From IMG/VR virus record IMGVR_UViG_3300006187_000001: a stretch of DNA of 64,000 bases; one strand, given 5' to 3'. The notes beneath the pieces are model-generated. The model was not told where the DNA came from. It made no database searches and saw nothing but the letters and a program-made list of their open reading frames with translations. Shown piece after piece: positions 34,501-42,498 of this stretch. The position numbers were made by a program, and so were the translations under genes. This DNA is from a virus. Each line of letters starts with the position of its first letter. The stretch's first letter is position 1.

Positions 34501-34690
34501 TTGAGTCGGCACGCGTGAACTTTTGCCGGACGCGCAAAATGCCCCCATTCGCGCTATCCGGCAAGAGTTCGAAATCGCCGCTGCCAACCGGGGCGGCTTC
34601 GATCTCATCGGCGAAGATGACGTCCTCAACAGCGTCACCAAGGAGCTTATAATCCTGTTCCACCACTGTCCTCCAAGGTCTTTGAGGCAA
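31502..34690 (-). CDS. prohead protease - scaffold-like linker - major capsid protein fusion
   Basis: The N-terminus ADSINQNARLYPRQSL ... RRHPD ... DGWVWGTRTILDTPKGREL ... GVSVRW follows the T4 gp21-type prohead protease pattern. The middle is charged and helical. The C-terminal ~540 aa sits in the capsid position. Confidence 0.6.
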   Translation of the reverse strand: MPQRPWRTVVEQDYKLLGDAVEDVIFADEIEAAPVGSGDFELLPDSANGGILRVRQKFTRADSINQNARLYPRQSLQASVDEGRRVARAGAMLSERRHPDVVRVRGQEKYVANPENTTARVDDIEDVGEDGWVWGTRTILDTPKGRELADAYRRGNPPGVSVRWKMKGRFRSAQGKRVFVADEQTFLTVDDVDNPATTGAGEFVLLKDEVLQELEACEDEIERRDSAAEDKPKMNETLKRLREAVAQLITKKAPQQEVLTARTAFYDALVLAHDSKEDLSAEIPSALRLEADMAEGGYVPDRTPPTFLFASQVGNGGPGWGSEIERHGRGPDPATNTATVPNSQGSMKADAAPAPVLTKEEADKVKKLLSDAEKAEADKKRDEEIQAAVDSLKDDKRLEKLTTEQRDHIVGRVRKLAQSAESVSGLVDDEIESLSKILAPERLAKLGFVKGDTVNDPASANARVKSTAKPWMEGVDKILAAADDHCRATSHDINPDDPDVKKRREHNRKFTDRIVEELAVSRAGCDSVEAWFKRIDGEANFSDKAFFDGMQKLVGGDATTTSQLFNQPTIANAFIIQSFQDMQSLDFVQGIGPGMRASGSVGWEQSVGGIGQVLRVPVEYYSNPAGYGAASGTFDAGLFTPEGSGIDEGTVKTVWLSFAPAWRRIAASMTRDAIKAMGNGPANYGVVGRTLFHLGYDKSRRVDKGILDEMLAISDEYGAVTVAAESPSLANQSSYNAAGGVTVNLNPTKVASGAVVLATDAYATYGAGVVAGIRVKTRGNGTSAPYMGTAYGSDPIVRPRVQTDLNATGQVTTTTKNPITIGGAGAQVMGYLDVNKAIQQIPGLASPTYAVDWENGVVVFNAAGYTAAGWGNGAGVLTGGTATISYAYATNFDNFQINNVTLGTGITYEQYLNGLLGQFDNTAAVMGSAPRYSKPNLAVMSLVASTNITRATLFYQLNSPKGSELFPTPEYFGGRTGINMARINAPWNGLDRRILLTRKGSTKYGIDTPFELKGPYPSYDANGLIIAKEVYYGEENSVLCTPQVQDQSGNIINPVAKTIILR

Positions 34691-35729
34691 CTTGGCGAAG
34701 ACCGATTAGCTCCAAGATGAAGTCATCGATACTTGGGACCGAGAACTCCGTGTCTTGCGAGTCCCTATAACCCGATTGCCGGGCATGGAGTGGGACATTT
34801 GCGAGGATTTTGACCGTTGCGGAGCCGTCTGCTCGGACGATCCCCTCGCGCCATCCGCATTTGCTTTGGAGATAGACCTCACCATCTACAGGTGTCGTAA
34901 CAAACCACCCAGCCATGGCAGTGGCGACCTTGGCTTCCGTTAGGTCGTAATCAACGTCGTCCTCATCGAAAACCGGGACGGGCTCTTCATCGGTGATAGG
35001 TCGACGCCAGACGCCGTCCTCGTCTTGTTTCCAAGCCGTGATGTCGAAAACCGTGTTTCCTTGAAGCCACAACCGCTGTTCGTCACTCAACGCGTGAGGA
35101 GTCGGCAACTGCCCCTGCGTGATCCTTTCGATAAATGCCTCGAGTGGGCAATCGAGCGGGGTCATCGGATGCATCGGGAAGGAGCCTTCCTTCTGGAGGA
35201 ATGGATCGATCTCGCCCTCGACAAGTGGCGATTCTTGACTCAAAAGAGCATTCAGTAACTCTTTGGTCGTTGACTCAGGGTCAGGCACGATCACGGACTT
35301 GGTGTCTGGGACATCAGCCTTCGGACCATCATCCTCTCCATCGTTATCCTCATCGGTGATGGGGCGACGCCAGACGCCGTCCTCGCCATGCTCGAACGCT
35401 GATAGGTCTGCCTGCATGTCGTCGAGCCATTTGTGTTGGTCTTCGCTCAACGCGACTGGCATGGCTGCTTCTGGCCGGGTCATGTACTCTTCGAAGTCGT
35501 CCATCGACATTTCAAGAGGCATCGATCCCGCACTCGTTTGAGGAGTCTCAGATGGCGGGTCAGCGGTCGGATTCGACTGACCAACAGCCGCCAGGATAGT
35601 CGCGAGAACATCCTCTTTTTTAGCGCCAATCGATGGGACTTTGATGTTGTTTGCCTTTGCGAACTGCTTGAGTTCAGGCAAGGTCATTTCGTTAATGCTC
35701 GGCGCGGCGGCCGGTGTCTCAGTGCTCAT
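34647..35729 (-). CDS. head-module protein with N-terminal Rho_N/HeH (SAP-like) motif and an internal duplication
   Basis: TLPELKQFAKANNIKVPSIGAKKEDVLATIL. The motif ALS(E/D)(D/E)Q..WL....DGVWRRPITDE occurs twice. Confidence 0.55.
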   Translation of the reverse strand: MSTETPAAAPSINEMTLPELKQFAKANNIKVPSIGAKKEDVLATILAAVGQSNPTADPPSETPQTSAGSMPLEMSMDDFEEYMTRPEAAMPVALSEDQHKWLDDMQADLSAFEHGEDGVWRRPITDEDNDGEDDGPKADVPDTKSVIVPDPESTTKELLNALLSQESPLVEGEIDPFLQKEGSFPMHPMTPLDCPLEAFIERITQGQLPTPHALSDEQRLWLQGNTVFDITAWKQDEDGVWRRPITDEEPVPVFDEDDVDYDLTEAKVATAMAGWFVTTPVDGEVYLQSKCGWREGIVRADGSATVKILANVPLHARQSGYRDSQDTEFSVPSIDDFILELIGLRQVASKTLEDSGGTGL

Positions 35730-35742
35730 GTGTGTTCACCTG

Positions 35743-37245
35743 CTAGTTCACGGGCGAAGGTTTCGCCTTGCCGTTGGAGAGTTTTGAAAGTTGAAGGTCT
35801 TGTTGCCGACCAATTTGAGCCGCTTGCTGCTTCTCTTCGTATTCGCGTTGGTCGGAGATCTCTTGCTCAATGCGCTTCATTTCCTCCTCCGGATCATCGA
35901 TATCCGTGAACTCGGCGAGGATTTGAACGGCGCGTTGGAATGAAATCAGAGGCGTCGGCTTAGCGGATCGCAGTTTCGTGACCCAATCGATCACTTCTTG
36001 AGGCTTTTCGATCGATCCGGACGGGATCCGAACCGTGAAATCTATGAACTCTGGAAGAATGCCGGCGAGGAGAAGTGCGGTTTCGAAAATGTCCTTTACG
36101 ACGGCCTCGATGATCTCCGTAAGGACTTGAGTTTCCTTGAGCCACTCTTCGCGAAGGTCCTTGACGACGTCGCGATTGATGGACTCAGAGTCGAGGTTGA
36201 AGATCGGACCGGGAGTCGGCAGATCGCCGGAGACATACACGTTTTGCGCATATCGAATGTCGTCTACTTCGTGAACATTGCGGTCACCTTCGAGAACCTC
36301 AGCCTTAACAAGACCGTTTCCATAGATATCGAGTGCGATGTCCATCGGGTCGAAGACATCACGCCTGCCTTCAACTTTGCCATTGATCTCTCGAAACTCC
36401 TTGACATGCTCGGCCTCTCCGGGGCTACCCTCAGTACCAATGTTCCAGAGGACTTGTTTTGCCGCTCGGCTCATTCGACGGACCGATTGAGCTTCCTCGG
36501 ACAGATTTAGAAGATCCCAATGGCGCCGACCGGTGAGAATCTCTGGCTGTCCATATCGTTCGCCATCGATTGCGTCCCACTTAACGTGAGTGATGACCCA
36601 TTGAGCAAATGACGCCACGGTCTCTTGCGTGAGGACGTCGATCTGTTCAAACGCTTTTACCGGGTCGATAAATTCATCCGTGTCATCGGTCAAGCGCTCC
36701 ATCGATGCCGCCGGCATGCGCTTTACGTCTACTAACCGGCCTTCGCCAGCAATCTTCTGAACAAAGAGATCGCCTTCGACGATGAGCATCCAAGCCCACG
36801 AAAACAGTTTCGGCTTTACGATCTCCTGCACTTCATCGGCGATGGCTCTGGCTTGATTAGCCATTCCCGACTCACCGTCGACCATGATAGTCGCGCCTTT
36901 TCGGACGGCTTCTCTAGCGAACTTCTTGGTTGCCCGTCGCGCCCGACCGTCATCATCGATCATCTTTCGACAATCGGAGATGACTGCCCATCGGTCGTAT
37001 CGCTGCTGGATATTCAGCAGGTGCGCGATCGATGGCGAGGTGGTACCCGATGTACCCTGTTCCGTCGTTTGTGTCGGATCAACCCTCTTGAATGCTCGAT
37101 TGAAGGCATTCTGGATCCGCGCGATTAGACCTTGAGCCTGTGGCTTGACATGCTGCGCCGGTCGAAAGGCAGTAACTTGACCCGAGTCAATGACCAGGCG
37201 GGTGCCGTCTTTGAGCTCGAACTCCTGACGTGTGGTGCGTGGCAT
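35743..37245 (-). CDS. portal protein
   Basis: 500 aa, immediately downstream of the large terminase. Confidence 0.6.
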   Translation of the reverse strand: MPRTTRQEFELKDGTRLVIDSGQVTAFRPAQHVKPQAQGLIARIQNAFNRAFKRVDPTQTTEQGTSGTTSPSIAHLLNIQQRYDRWAVISDCRKMIDDDGRARRATKKFAREAVRKGATIMVDGESGMANQARAIADEVQEIVKPKLFSWAWMLIVEGDLFVQKIAGEGRLVDVKRMPAASMERLTDDTDEFIDPVKAFEQIDVLTQETVASFAQWVITHVKWDAIDGERYGQPEILTGRRHWDLLNLSEEAQSVRRMSRAAKQVLWNIGTEGSPGEAEHVKEFREINGKVEGRRDVFDPMDIALDIYGNGLVKAEVLEGDRNVHEVDDIRYAQNVYVSGDLPTPGPIFNLDSESINRDVVKDLREEWLKETQVLTEIIEAVVKDIFETALLLAGILPEFIDFTVRIPSGSIEKPQEVIDWVTKLRSAKPTPLISFQRAVQILAEFTDIDDPEEEMKRIEQEISDQREYEEKQQAAQIGRQQDLQLSKLSNGKAKPSPVN

Positions 37246-37248
37246 GAA

Positions 37249-38967
37249 TTACCTGCTCCGCTTAGGCGGAATGATTCGACCGGACGAGTCTTGGCCGACC
37301 GCGTCTTGGCTTAGGTTCTTTCTCATCAAATGTGGAGGAAGGCCCGTGGACTGCGGCTTTGAAGTCAGAACGTCAGACCGCAACATGAGGAAATTGAAGG
37401 CATCGGCGCCGGCGTCGACCTGGTCATCAAAGTCGTGTGACTCGTCTTCGCAAAATCGTCGATACTCAGTGAGAAGCGGTCGAATCCAGTGAAGGGTTTT
37501 CCCCTCCAGTTCCGTTCGCTTAGTAACCTCATCAAGGAACCGGTCAATGGCAGGTAGGCGCGGATGACCATCTTGCAAAAGGCGGACATTGCCTTCGTTC
37601 CAGCGAGCCGCGTATTTTTCTGCCCGCTTCGCTTTAGTGCCGGTGACGGCTTCGATGACGGCGCCGTGCTTGCGCTGGTCCTGCTGCGCGACTTTCTTGC
37701 CCGCCGATCCTGGATCCTGAGGCATTCGAACGTGGTACTTAGCGCCGAACCTCGATCGATCCCAGGCGGTGACCATCGCGACCAACGCGTCCACGTTGTC
37801 GGAGCTGAGTTGAGCACGAACGACGTCGAGTATCCAAACAACACCATTGGCCGTTAGAGCCATCAGCACTCCGACGGTAAAGTCGCCCGCACCTTGAGTC
37901 GCCGCCGTATCCCAAGCTCGAACTATCCGAACAATGCTATCGGCATTGAACTCTTGGACAATGATCGCGGCTTTCTCATCGAAGAAGTAGCCTGTACCTG
38001 CGTAGACCTCATGCTGCGCTTCCTCCCGGAAGGCGAGAATGCCCCAATCGAAAATCTGCTTTTGGCAGACTTCTAGGTCTTGCCCGACCCAGGTCGGATC
38101 CCCACCAATGATGAAATGGCGCGTTCGCCCATCCTCGCATACGCGGCCCTCAGTTTGGAGGTTGATGACCGCAGGCTCAAGGTGGACTTGGCGATTGGCA
38201 AGGAAATCGGCGCGACCGTCGTACAGTTGGGCAAAGATGCCATCCGGAATGATTAGGTTTTGCCCGCCGATGACGGCGCAATCTGTCGAGCCAGCGGGAA
38301 GCAGCTTCTTGGTTATCTGACGGATCTTCTTGGCTGTGGTCTTCGCCGTATCCTCAGTGCCGTCCAGGTCATCGAAGACGATCAGGCCAGGTCTGAAACT
38401 TCCAAGCTTGATACCGCGGGCGGCAACGTCGAGGCCAAGTGCCATGACGTTGAAGCCATGCGCTGTACGGAGCTGATCCTTTCGCCAGCCCTTTTGATTT
38501 CCGAAGACGCCGGTAAGACGTTGAACACCTATCGCCTCGAGGTAGTCACCGATCGACTGAACGTGCTCACGAGCCTGGTCTTGAGTCTCGGAAACGTAGA
38601 GGACGAAGGGACGGGACAGCTTAGCGCCGACATACGCGACACCTAGTTCAAGCGTCGTCGACTTTGCGCCTCCTCTTCCCCAGATCTCGATGTCAGGATC
38701 AGGCGGAGGACAGTTGAATTCTAGTGAATCAAACCAGTCCCAAACACGTTCGTGGCGCTTTGCAAATGGCTTGCTTGCGACGTGGGGGAAATACTGCTTG
38801 ATCCATGATCGCCAGCCATCCCCTGGATAGAGCGCGTCATAAACCAGCGGATCGCTCTGTGTGTCCATCGTCTCACAAAACTGAAAACCCTCGACCGCGC
38901 CGAGCTGTCCCCAAACATCCAAGTCCGGGAGCGGTTCATCCGCTTTTCTCGGTTTCGCTCGTGCCAT
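37249..38967 (-). CDS. terL: terminase large subunit
   Basis: Walker A IWGRGGAKST, Walker B PGLIVFDDLDG, and a C-terminal nuclease region RAWDTAAT...WILDV. Confidence 0.85.
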   Translation of the reverse strand: MARAKPRKADEPLPDLDVWGQLGAVEGFQFCETMDTQSDPLVYDALYPGDGWRSWIKQYFPHVASKPFAKRHERVWDWFDSLEFNCPPPDPDIEIWGRGGAKSTTLELGVAYVGAKLSRPFVLYVSETQDQAREHVQSIGDYLEAIGVQRLTGVFGNQKGWRKDQLRTAHGFNVMALGLDVAARGIKLGSFRPGLIVFDDLDGTEDTAKTTAKKIRQITKKLLPAGSTDCAVIGGQNLIIPDGIFAQLYDGRADFLANRQVHLEPAVINLQTEGRVCEDGRTRHFIIGGDPTWVGQDLEVCQKQIFDWGILAFREEAQHEVYAGTGYFFDEKAAIIVQEFNADSIVRIVRAWDTAATQGAGDFTVGVLMALTANGVVWILDVVRAQLSSDNVDALVAMVTAWDRSRFGAKYHVRMPQDPGSAGKKVAQQDQRKHGAVIEAVTGTKAKRAEKYAARWNEGNVRLLQDGHPRLPAIDRFLDEVTKRTELEGKTLHWIRPLLTEYRRFCEDESHDFDDQVDAGADAFNFLMLRSDVLTSKPQSTGLPPHLMRKNLSQDAVGQDSSGRIIPPKRSR

Positions 38968-39427
38968 CGTCTAGAGGGAGCGCGGTCTGGCTCGGAGGTG
39001 GTCGCTTACTGGCCCTTTCAGCGGCCTCCATCATTCGAAGCGCCTTGTCCGAAAGGACACCGTGAAGCATCGCCATATCAGCGGCGCTTTGACGATTGAG
39101 CCAAGTCTTATCCTGGAAGTGCGCCTGTTGAACCGTCAGCGTTTCAAGTTGCGCATCGAGAAGGTTAAACACCCTCTCCGCTATGCTTTTTTTTTGCGTA
39201 TGCACCGTATGCATACGGCCATCGGATACGGTCGGGGTTTGAACCTGAATGGCCGTATTTTCCGTATGCATACGGCTATCGGAAGCCGCATTCTTCAGAG
39301 AGTCGTGCCATCGCTGAACAGTGCCTTTCGAAAGGCCCAATTCCTTGGCGACTCCACCGATCGTGCCACCGGCGAGAAGCAGAGCAATGCCTTTGGCTTT
39401 GATCGCGTCGGGAATCTTCTTCGCCAC
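38936..39427 (-). CDS. terS: terminase small subunit (HTH DNA-binding)
   Basis: N-terminal HTH IGGVAKELGLSKGTVQRW. It overlaps the terL start and contains a palindrome cluster. Confidence 0.55.
   Translation of the reverse strand: MAKKIPDAIKAKGIALLLAGGTIGGVAKELGLSKGTVQRWHDSLKNAASDSRMHTENTAIQVQTPTVSDGRMHTVHTQKKSIAERVFNLLDAQLETLTVQQAHFQDKTWLNRQSAADMAMLHGVLSDKALRMMEAAERASKRPPPSQTALPLDDGTSETEKSG
39196..39283. repeat. Cluster of CCGTATGCATACGG palindromes inside terS (candidate pac/TerS site)
   Basis: Perfect 14-bp palindromes at 39205-39218 and 39262-39275. The 22-bp repeat CCGTATGCATACGGC(C/T)ATCGGA occurs twice, 57 bp apart, with extra half-sites. Confidence 0.6.
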
Positions 39428-39428
39428 A

Positions 39429-40034
39429 TTAAAGCCTTGCTCCGCAACCGCAGAAAACGTCGCTCACCTTCGCGGAACTGATCTCCGGTGGGCTGTTGAG
39501 CGCGCGCTGAAGTTCGATCATCGAAGGATGGACCGCGCCATATCGCTGGACGACTCCGATGAACTCCTCAACGTCGTGGCCACGCATCGTGAACCTGGGC
39601 ATCCCGTCGATATAGATCGGTTCACCGTGTCGGTCCATCGCTTGCCCGCAGTGATACAACTCGTGCTCTATGACTGAGCAAACCGAGGTTGGATCCGCTT
39701 CGATAAAGAACGGTGCGCAAAGAGTGATCACAAACGTGGGGAGCGCTCCGCCGTGCCACTCATAGTAAAGCGATTCTTGCCACTCTTTCTTCCCCGGTCC
39801 GCCGCCTCTCTGGCTTCCAGTCTGTGCGGTAGCAGCGACAACGCGGCCTTGGGATTTGAATGTGTGGCTTGACCAGACGAAGAGAATGGTCGCGAGATTG
39901 AGGTGATCGTGGTCGGGATTTGAAAGGGGACCGTCAGGGTCGATGAAGACGGACCTCGCCCATTCGCCGACGTCGTGAGCTGGTTTGAAAACTGGATAGT
40001 CAGCTTCCAGGATCTCGGGAGGTGGTTTGAACAA
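39429..40034 (-). CDS. putative phage metallopeptidase
   Basis: HExxH motif in CSVIEHELYHCGQ; 201 aa, next to terS. Confidence 0.5.
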   Translation of the reverse strand: MFKPPPEILEADYPVFKPAHDVGEWARSVFIDPDGPLSNPDHDHLNLATILFVWSSHTFKSQGRVVAATAQTGSQRGGGPGKKEWQESLYYEWHGGALPTFVITLCAPFFIEADPTSVCSVIEHELYHCGQAMDRHGEPIYIDGMPRFTMRGHDVEEFIGVVQRYGAVHPSMIELQRALNSPPEISSAKVSDVFCGCGARL

Positions 40035-40106
40035 GTCGCACCTGAAATTCCACCGGATTCAAGTTGTTTTGAACCCGGTGGAATGAATGTCTACTACTGG
40101 ATTTCT

Positions 40107-40649
40107 CTAGAACCGAAGATCGATGCCCGCGCCAAACGCCCAACCCGTGGGAGTGGATTGACTGACGATCGGTCCGGTTCCGAAATAGAACGTCGCCTGA
40201 TCCGCAATTGGCTTTCGAAGTCCGACAAGAAAGGCTGCTACGGGAACCTTGCGCCTAAGCGTCATCCCTGCGAATGCATCGAGATCTGCTGACCATCCTC
40301 GGCCAAATACGTTGGTGAAAGTCTTAAGGCGGTTTTGTGCTCCTGCGGCGGCTCGGTCTTCGTTTGGGCCCGTCACTCGGTAAAGATAGGAAGCGGACCA
40401 GACAGCACCGGCGGGCGGGGTGTCAACCGGAGTCGTGGGATCCTGGACTTGTACATCGAAGAGATTGGGGGTCGGTGCGATCGCGAAGACGTCTCGGTCA
40501 ATCGTGTACAGGCTCGTTGATCGATCGACGGCCGAGTACTTCACATCGAGGGTCTTACGGATCGTTCCTGCCAGCGCCGCAGCGACAAGGGCAAGGACCA
40601 AGAGCACAGCAGCGAATAATCGCCCGAAGGCGGTCGGCTTGATTTTCAT
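40107..40649 (-). CDS. small outer-membrane beta-barrel protein (Ail/Lom/OmpX-like)
   Basis: ATG at 40649 preceded by GGAGA, signal peptide MKIKPTAFGRLFAAVLLVLALVAAALA, alternating beta pattern, and a C-terminal ...GAGIDLRF (terminal Phe). Confidence 0.5.
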   Translation of the reverse strand: MKIKPTAFGRLFAAVLLVLALVAAALAGTIRKTLDVKYSAVDRSTSLYTIDRDVFAIAPTPNLFDVQVQDPTTPVDTPPAGAVWSASYLYRVTGPNEDRAAAGAQNRLKTFTNVFGRGWSADLDAFAGMTLRRKVPVAAFLVGLRKPIADQATFYFGTGPIVSQSTPTGWAFGAGIDLRF

Positions 40650-40922
40650 GGGGTTATCTCCGAACTGCCCGTCGGGCAGGAGTTGGTCGCAGGGCGGCTC
40701 TGCACTGTCCGCCCCACTTCGCGTCATTCCTTCGGGATTCGCGCCGTGTACCTAGCTACTTTCCAGCTGTAGCCGCCACCGGATTTTGAATCCGGCTATT
40801 TTCCCCGCGATGGCTTAAATACTGCCAACTGTTGGACCTGCGGTGGTCTGGCTACACCAGGATTCCTTCGAATCGAAGTCCGGGTTCACCACTAAGCAAA
40901 GCGTAGCGACGCCATCAGAGCG

Positions 40923-41516
40923 TCATTCTCCAGAGGTCTTGGGAAGTGCTTCCACCAGTTCTTTCAGCTTCTCAAGAAGCTCCGGTGTATCGTGCATTCG
41001 GTAGTACTTGATTGGCCCCAGACTTGCGTTGACGGCGGCAAACGGTCGCGCGATATACCACTTGTAACCCTTGGTTGTCGGTTCAATCGCGGCGAGGCCA
41101 TGGTCCGACATTAACGCAAGCATGTCGTCTGGATGCAACGAGCCGCAATAGGAACAAACTCGCTGCCCATTAGGGAATGAATCCCAACGGTCTCCATCCT
41201 TGGCGATGTTAGGGCCGGGACCACCTTCCCCACGCCGAGGGCACCAATGAATCTCATTGCCTCTAGTGCGTGGACACTGAGCACTCGTCTGAATCCGGTA
41301 ACCATCGCTATATGAGCCGATGACGCCGAAACTATTCTCCAAGAACGACATCTTGCCCTTTAGGACATCGTCAGCCGTTTCGTCTCGAAGCTGGCTCCAA
41401 CTGGACATTGCTGAGACATAGTCCACGTTAGTGACGCCGAACTCTTCTCCGCTTGGCGTTCGTACGCTCCAACTCCATTTGACTGCGGGGTTTTCTTTCA
41501 GTTGATCAACGCTCAT
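40923..41516 (-). CDS. hypothetical protein
   Basis: 197-aa ORF with CxxC-type cysteines (CSYCG). Confidence 0.45.
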   Translation of the reverse strand: MSVDQLKENPAVKWSWSVRTPSGEEFGVTNVDYVSAMSSWSQLRDETADDVLKGKMSFLENSFGVIGSYSDGYRIQTSAQCPRTRGNEIHWCPRRGEGGPGPNIAKDGDRWDSFPNGQRVCSYCGSLHPDDMLALMSDHGLAAIEPTTKGYKWYIARPFAAVNASLGPIKYYRMHDTPELLEKLKELVEALPKTSGE

Positions 41517-41830
41517 CGATTGCTCGTCTCCATATCTGAGCTAGTCAGTGGTTCTAGGTAGACAATGGGGCCGGTCTTTTATCGACATCCGGTGCAGTCG
41601 GCCTCTGGAATCCCCGTCATGACCAAGGAGAGACACGCGATATACGTCAGCGCCTGAACGCAGGCGCTCATTGCCTAGGTAAGCGCAAGACTTGAAAATG
41701 AAGTGGGCCCCGGGATACACGTCTTAATGGGTTGTTTAATGACGGTCCCCACCTTCTCACCCGACTACTCCGCGTGCGCTTCGCCGGTATAACTCACGAT
41801 CCCTTTTTGTGGGGCCCTATAGGTGAAGTC

Positions 41831-42310
41831 TTACTTGTCGATCTCGACCTGGTCTTTCAATCTCGCCTTCAGCCATTGCTTGAGAAACGGTGGCGCCTTA
41901 ACGCCCATCTTCCCAACGTTCTCTAAGATCGAGATCCCTTCCGTCAGCACAACGAATCCGAGGACGCCAGAGATGGCGGTCGATTGAAGCTGGCCAGTTC
42001 CAGCGAGTGTCTTCGTTGCCGCAGAGCAGACGTAGACGACCGCGCCATAGCCGAAGAACTTGGTGAGGACGCGACTGAACCTTGCGCTGGTGATCTGCTT
42101 GCCAGAGACGATTCCAGCCCACACGCCGGTCGCCGTGTCGAGAAGGATCAGGACCGCCGCGGTATACGCGATATCTCTCGATGCCATAGGGATGGTGTAG
42201 TCAAGAATGGCGGCGAGGATCCCCGCGAGACCTTTTAACAGCCAGGCGTCCGCAAAGAGCTTTTTGAGGAACTCTGGGAGTGGCAAAAACAGTCGTAGTG
42301 CTTCGTGCAT
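41831..42310 (-). CDS. holin (phage_holin_4 / LL-H type)
   Basis: LLDTATGVWAG....K..S.....K....VLTEGISILENVGKMGVKAPPFLKQWL matches the family signature; several TM helices. Confidence 0.7.
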   Translation of the reverse strand: MHEALRLFLPLPEFLKKLFADAWLLKGLAGILAAILDYTIPMASRDIAYTAAVLILLDTATGVWAGIVSGKQITSARFSRVLTKFFGYGAVVYVCSAATKTLAGTGQLQSTAISGVLGFVVLTEGISILENVGKMGVKAPPFLKQWLKARLKDQVEIDK

Positions 42311-42315
42311 GGCGA

Positions 42316-42498
42316 TTAACGGAAGTCGTCGATGTCTACGGTGTTGAGGGAATGACTCACGCCCCGGGATGTTTCGGCCAGGTAGATGAGGGCTAAGTCG
42401 CGATCAAAGCATGATTCCGCATTCCGCAATTCATCTAGGCCTATCCACGCAATGAGGTCCTCATCGTGTTCAACCTTTGCTGTCTCTTGGATGGTCAT
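42316..42498 (-). CDS. hypothetical small protein in the lysis cassette
   Basis: 60-aa ORF whose start overlaps the upstream stop. Confidence 0.4.
   Translation of the reverse strand: MTIQETAKVEHDEDLIAWIGLDELRNAESCFDRDLALIYLAETSRGVSHSLNTVDIDDFR

Noticed and set aside
40778-40803. Anticodon-arm-like hairpin CCGGATT-TTG-AATCCGG (possible tRNA)
   Set aside because: Neither strand has an adjacent T-arm (GTTCGA-type), D-arm or acceptor pairing. It is more likely a plain hairpin with a T-rich tail in the intergenic region upstream of the OMP gene.
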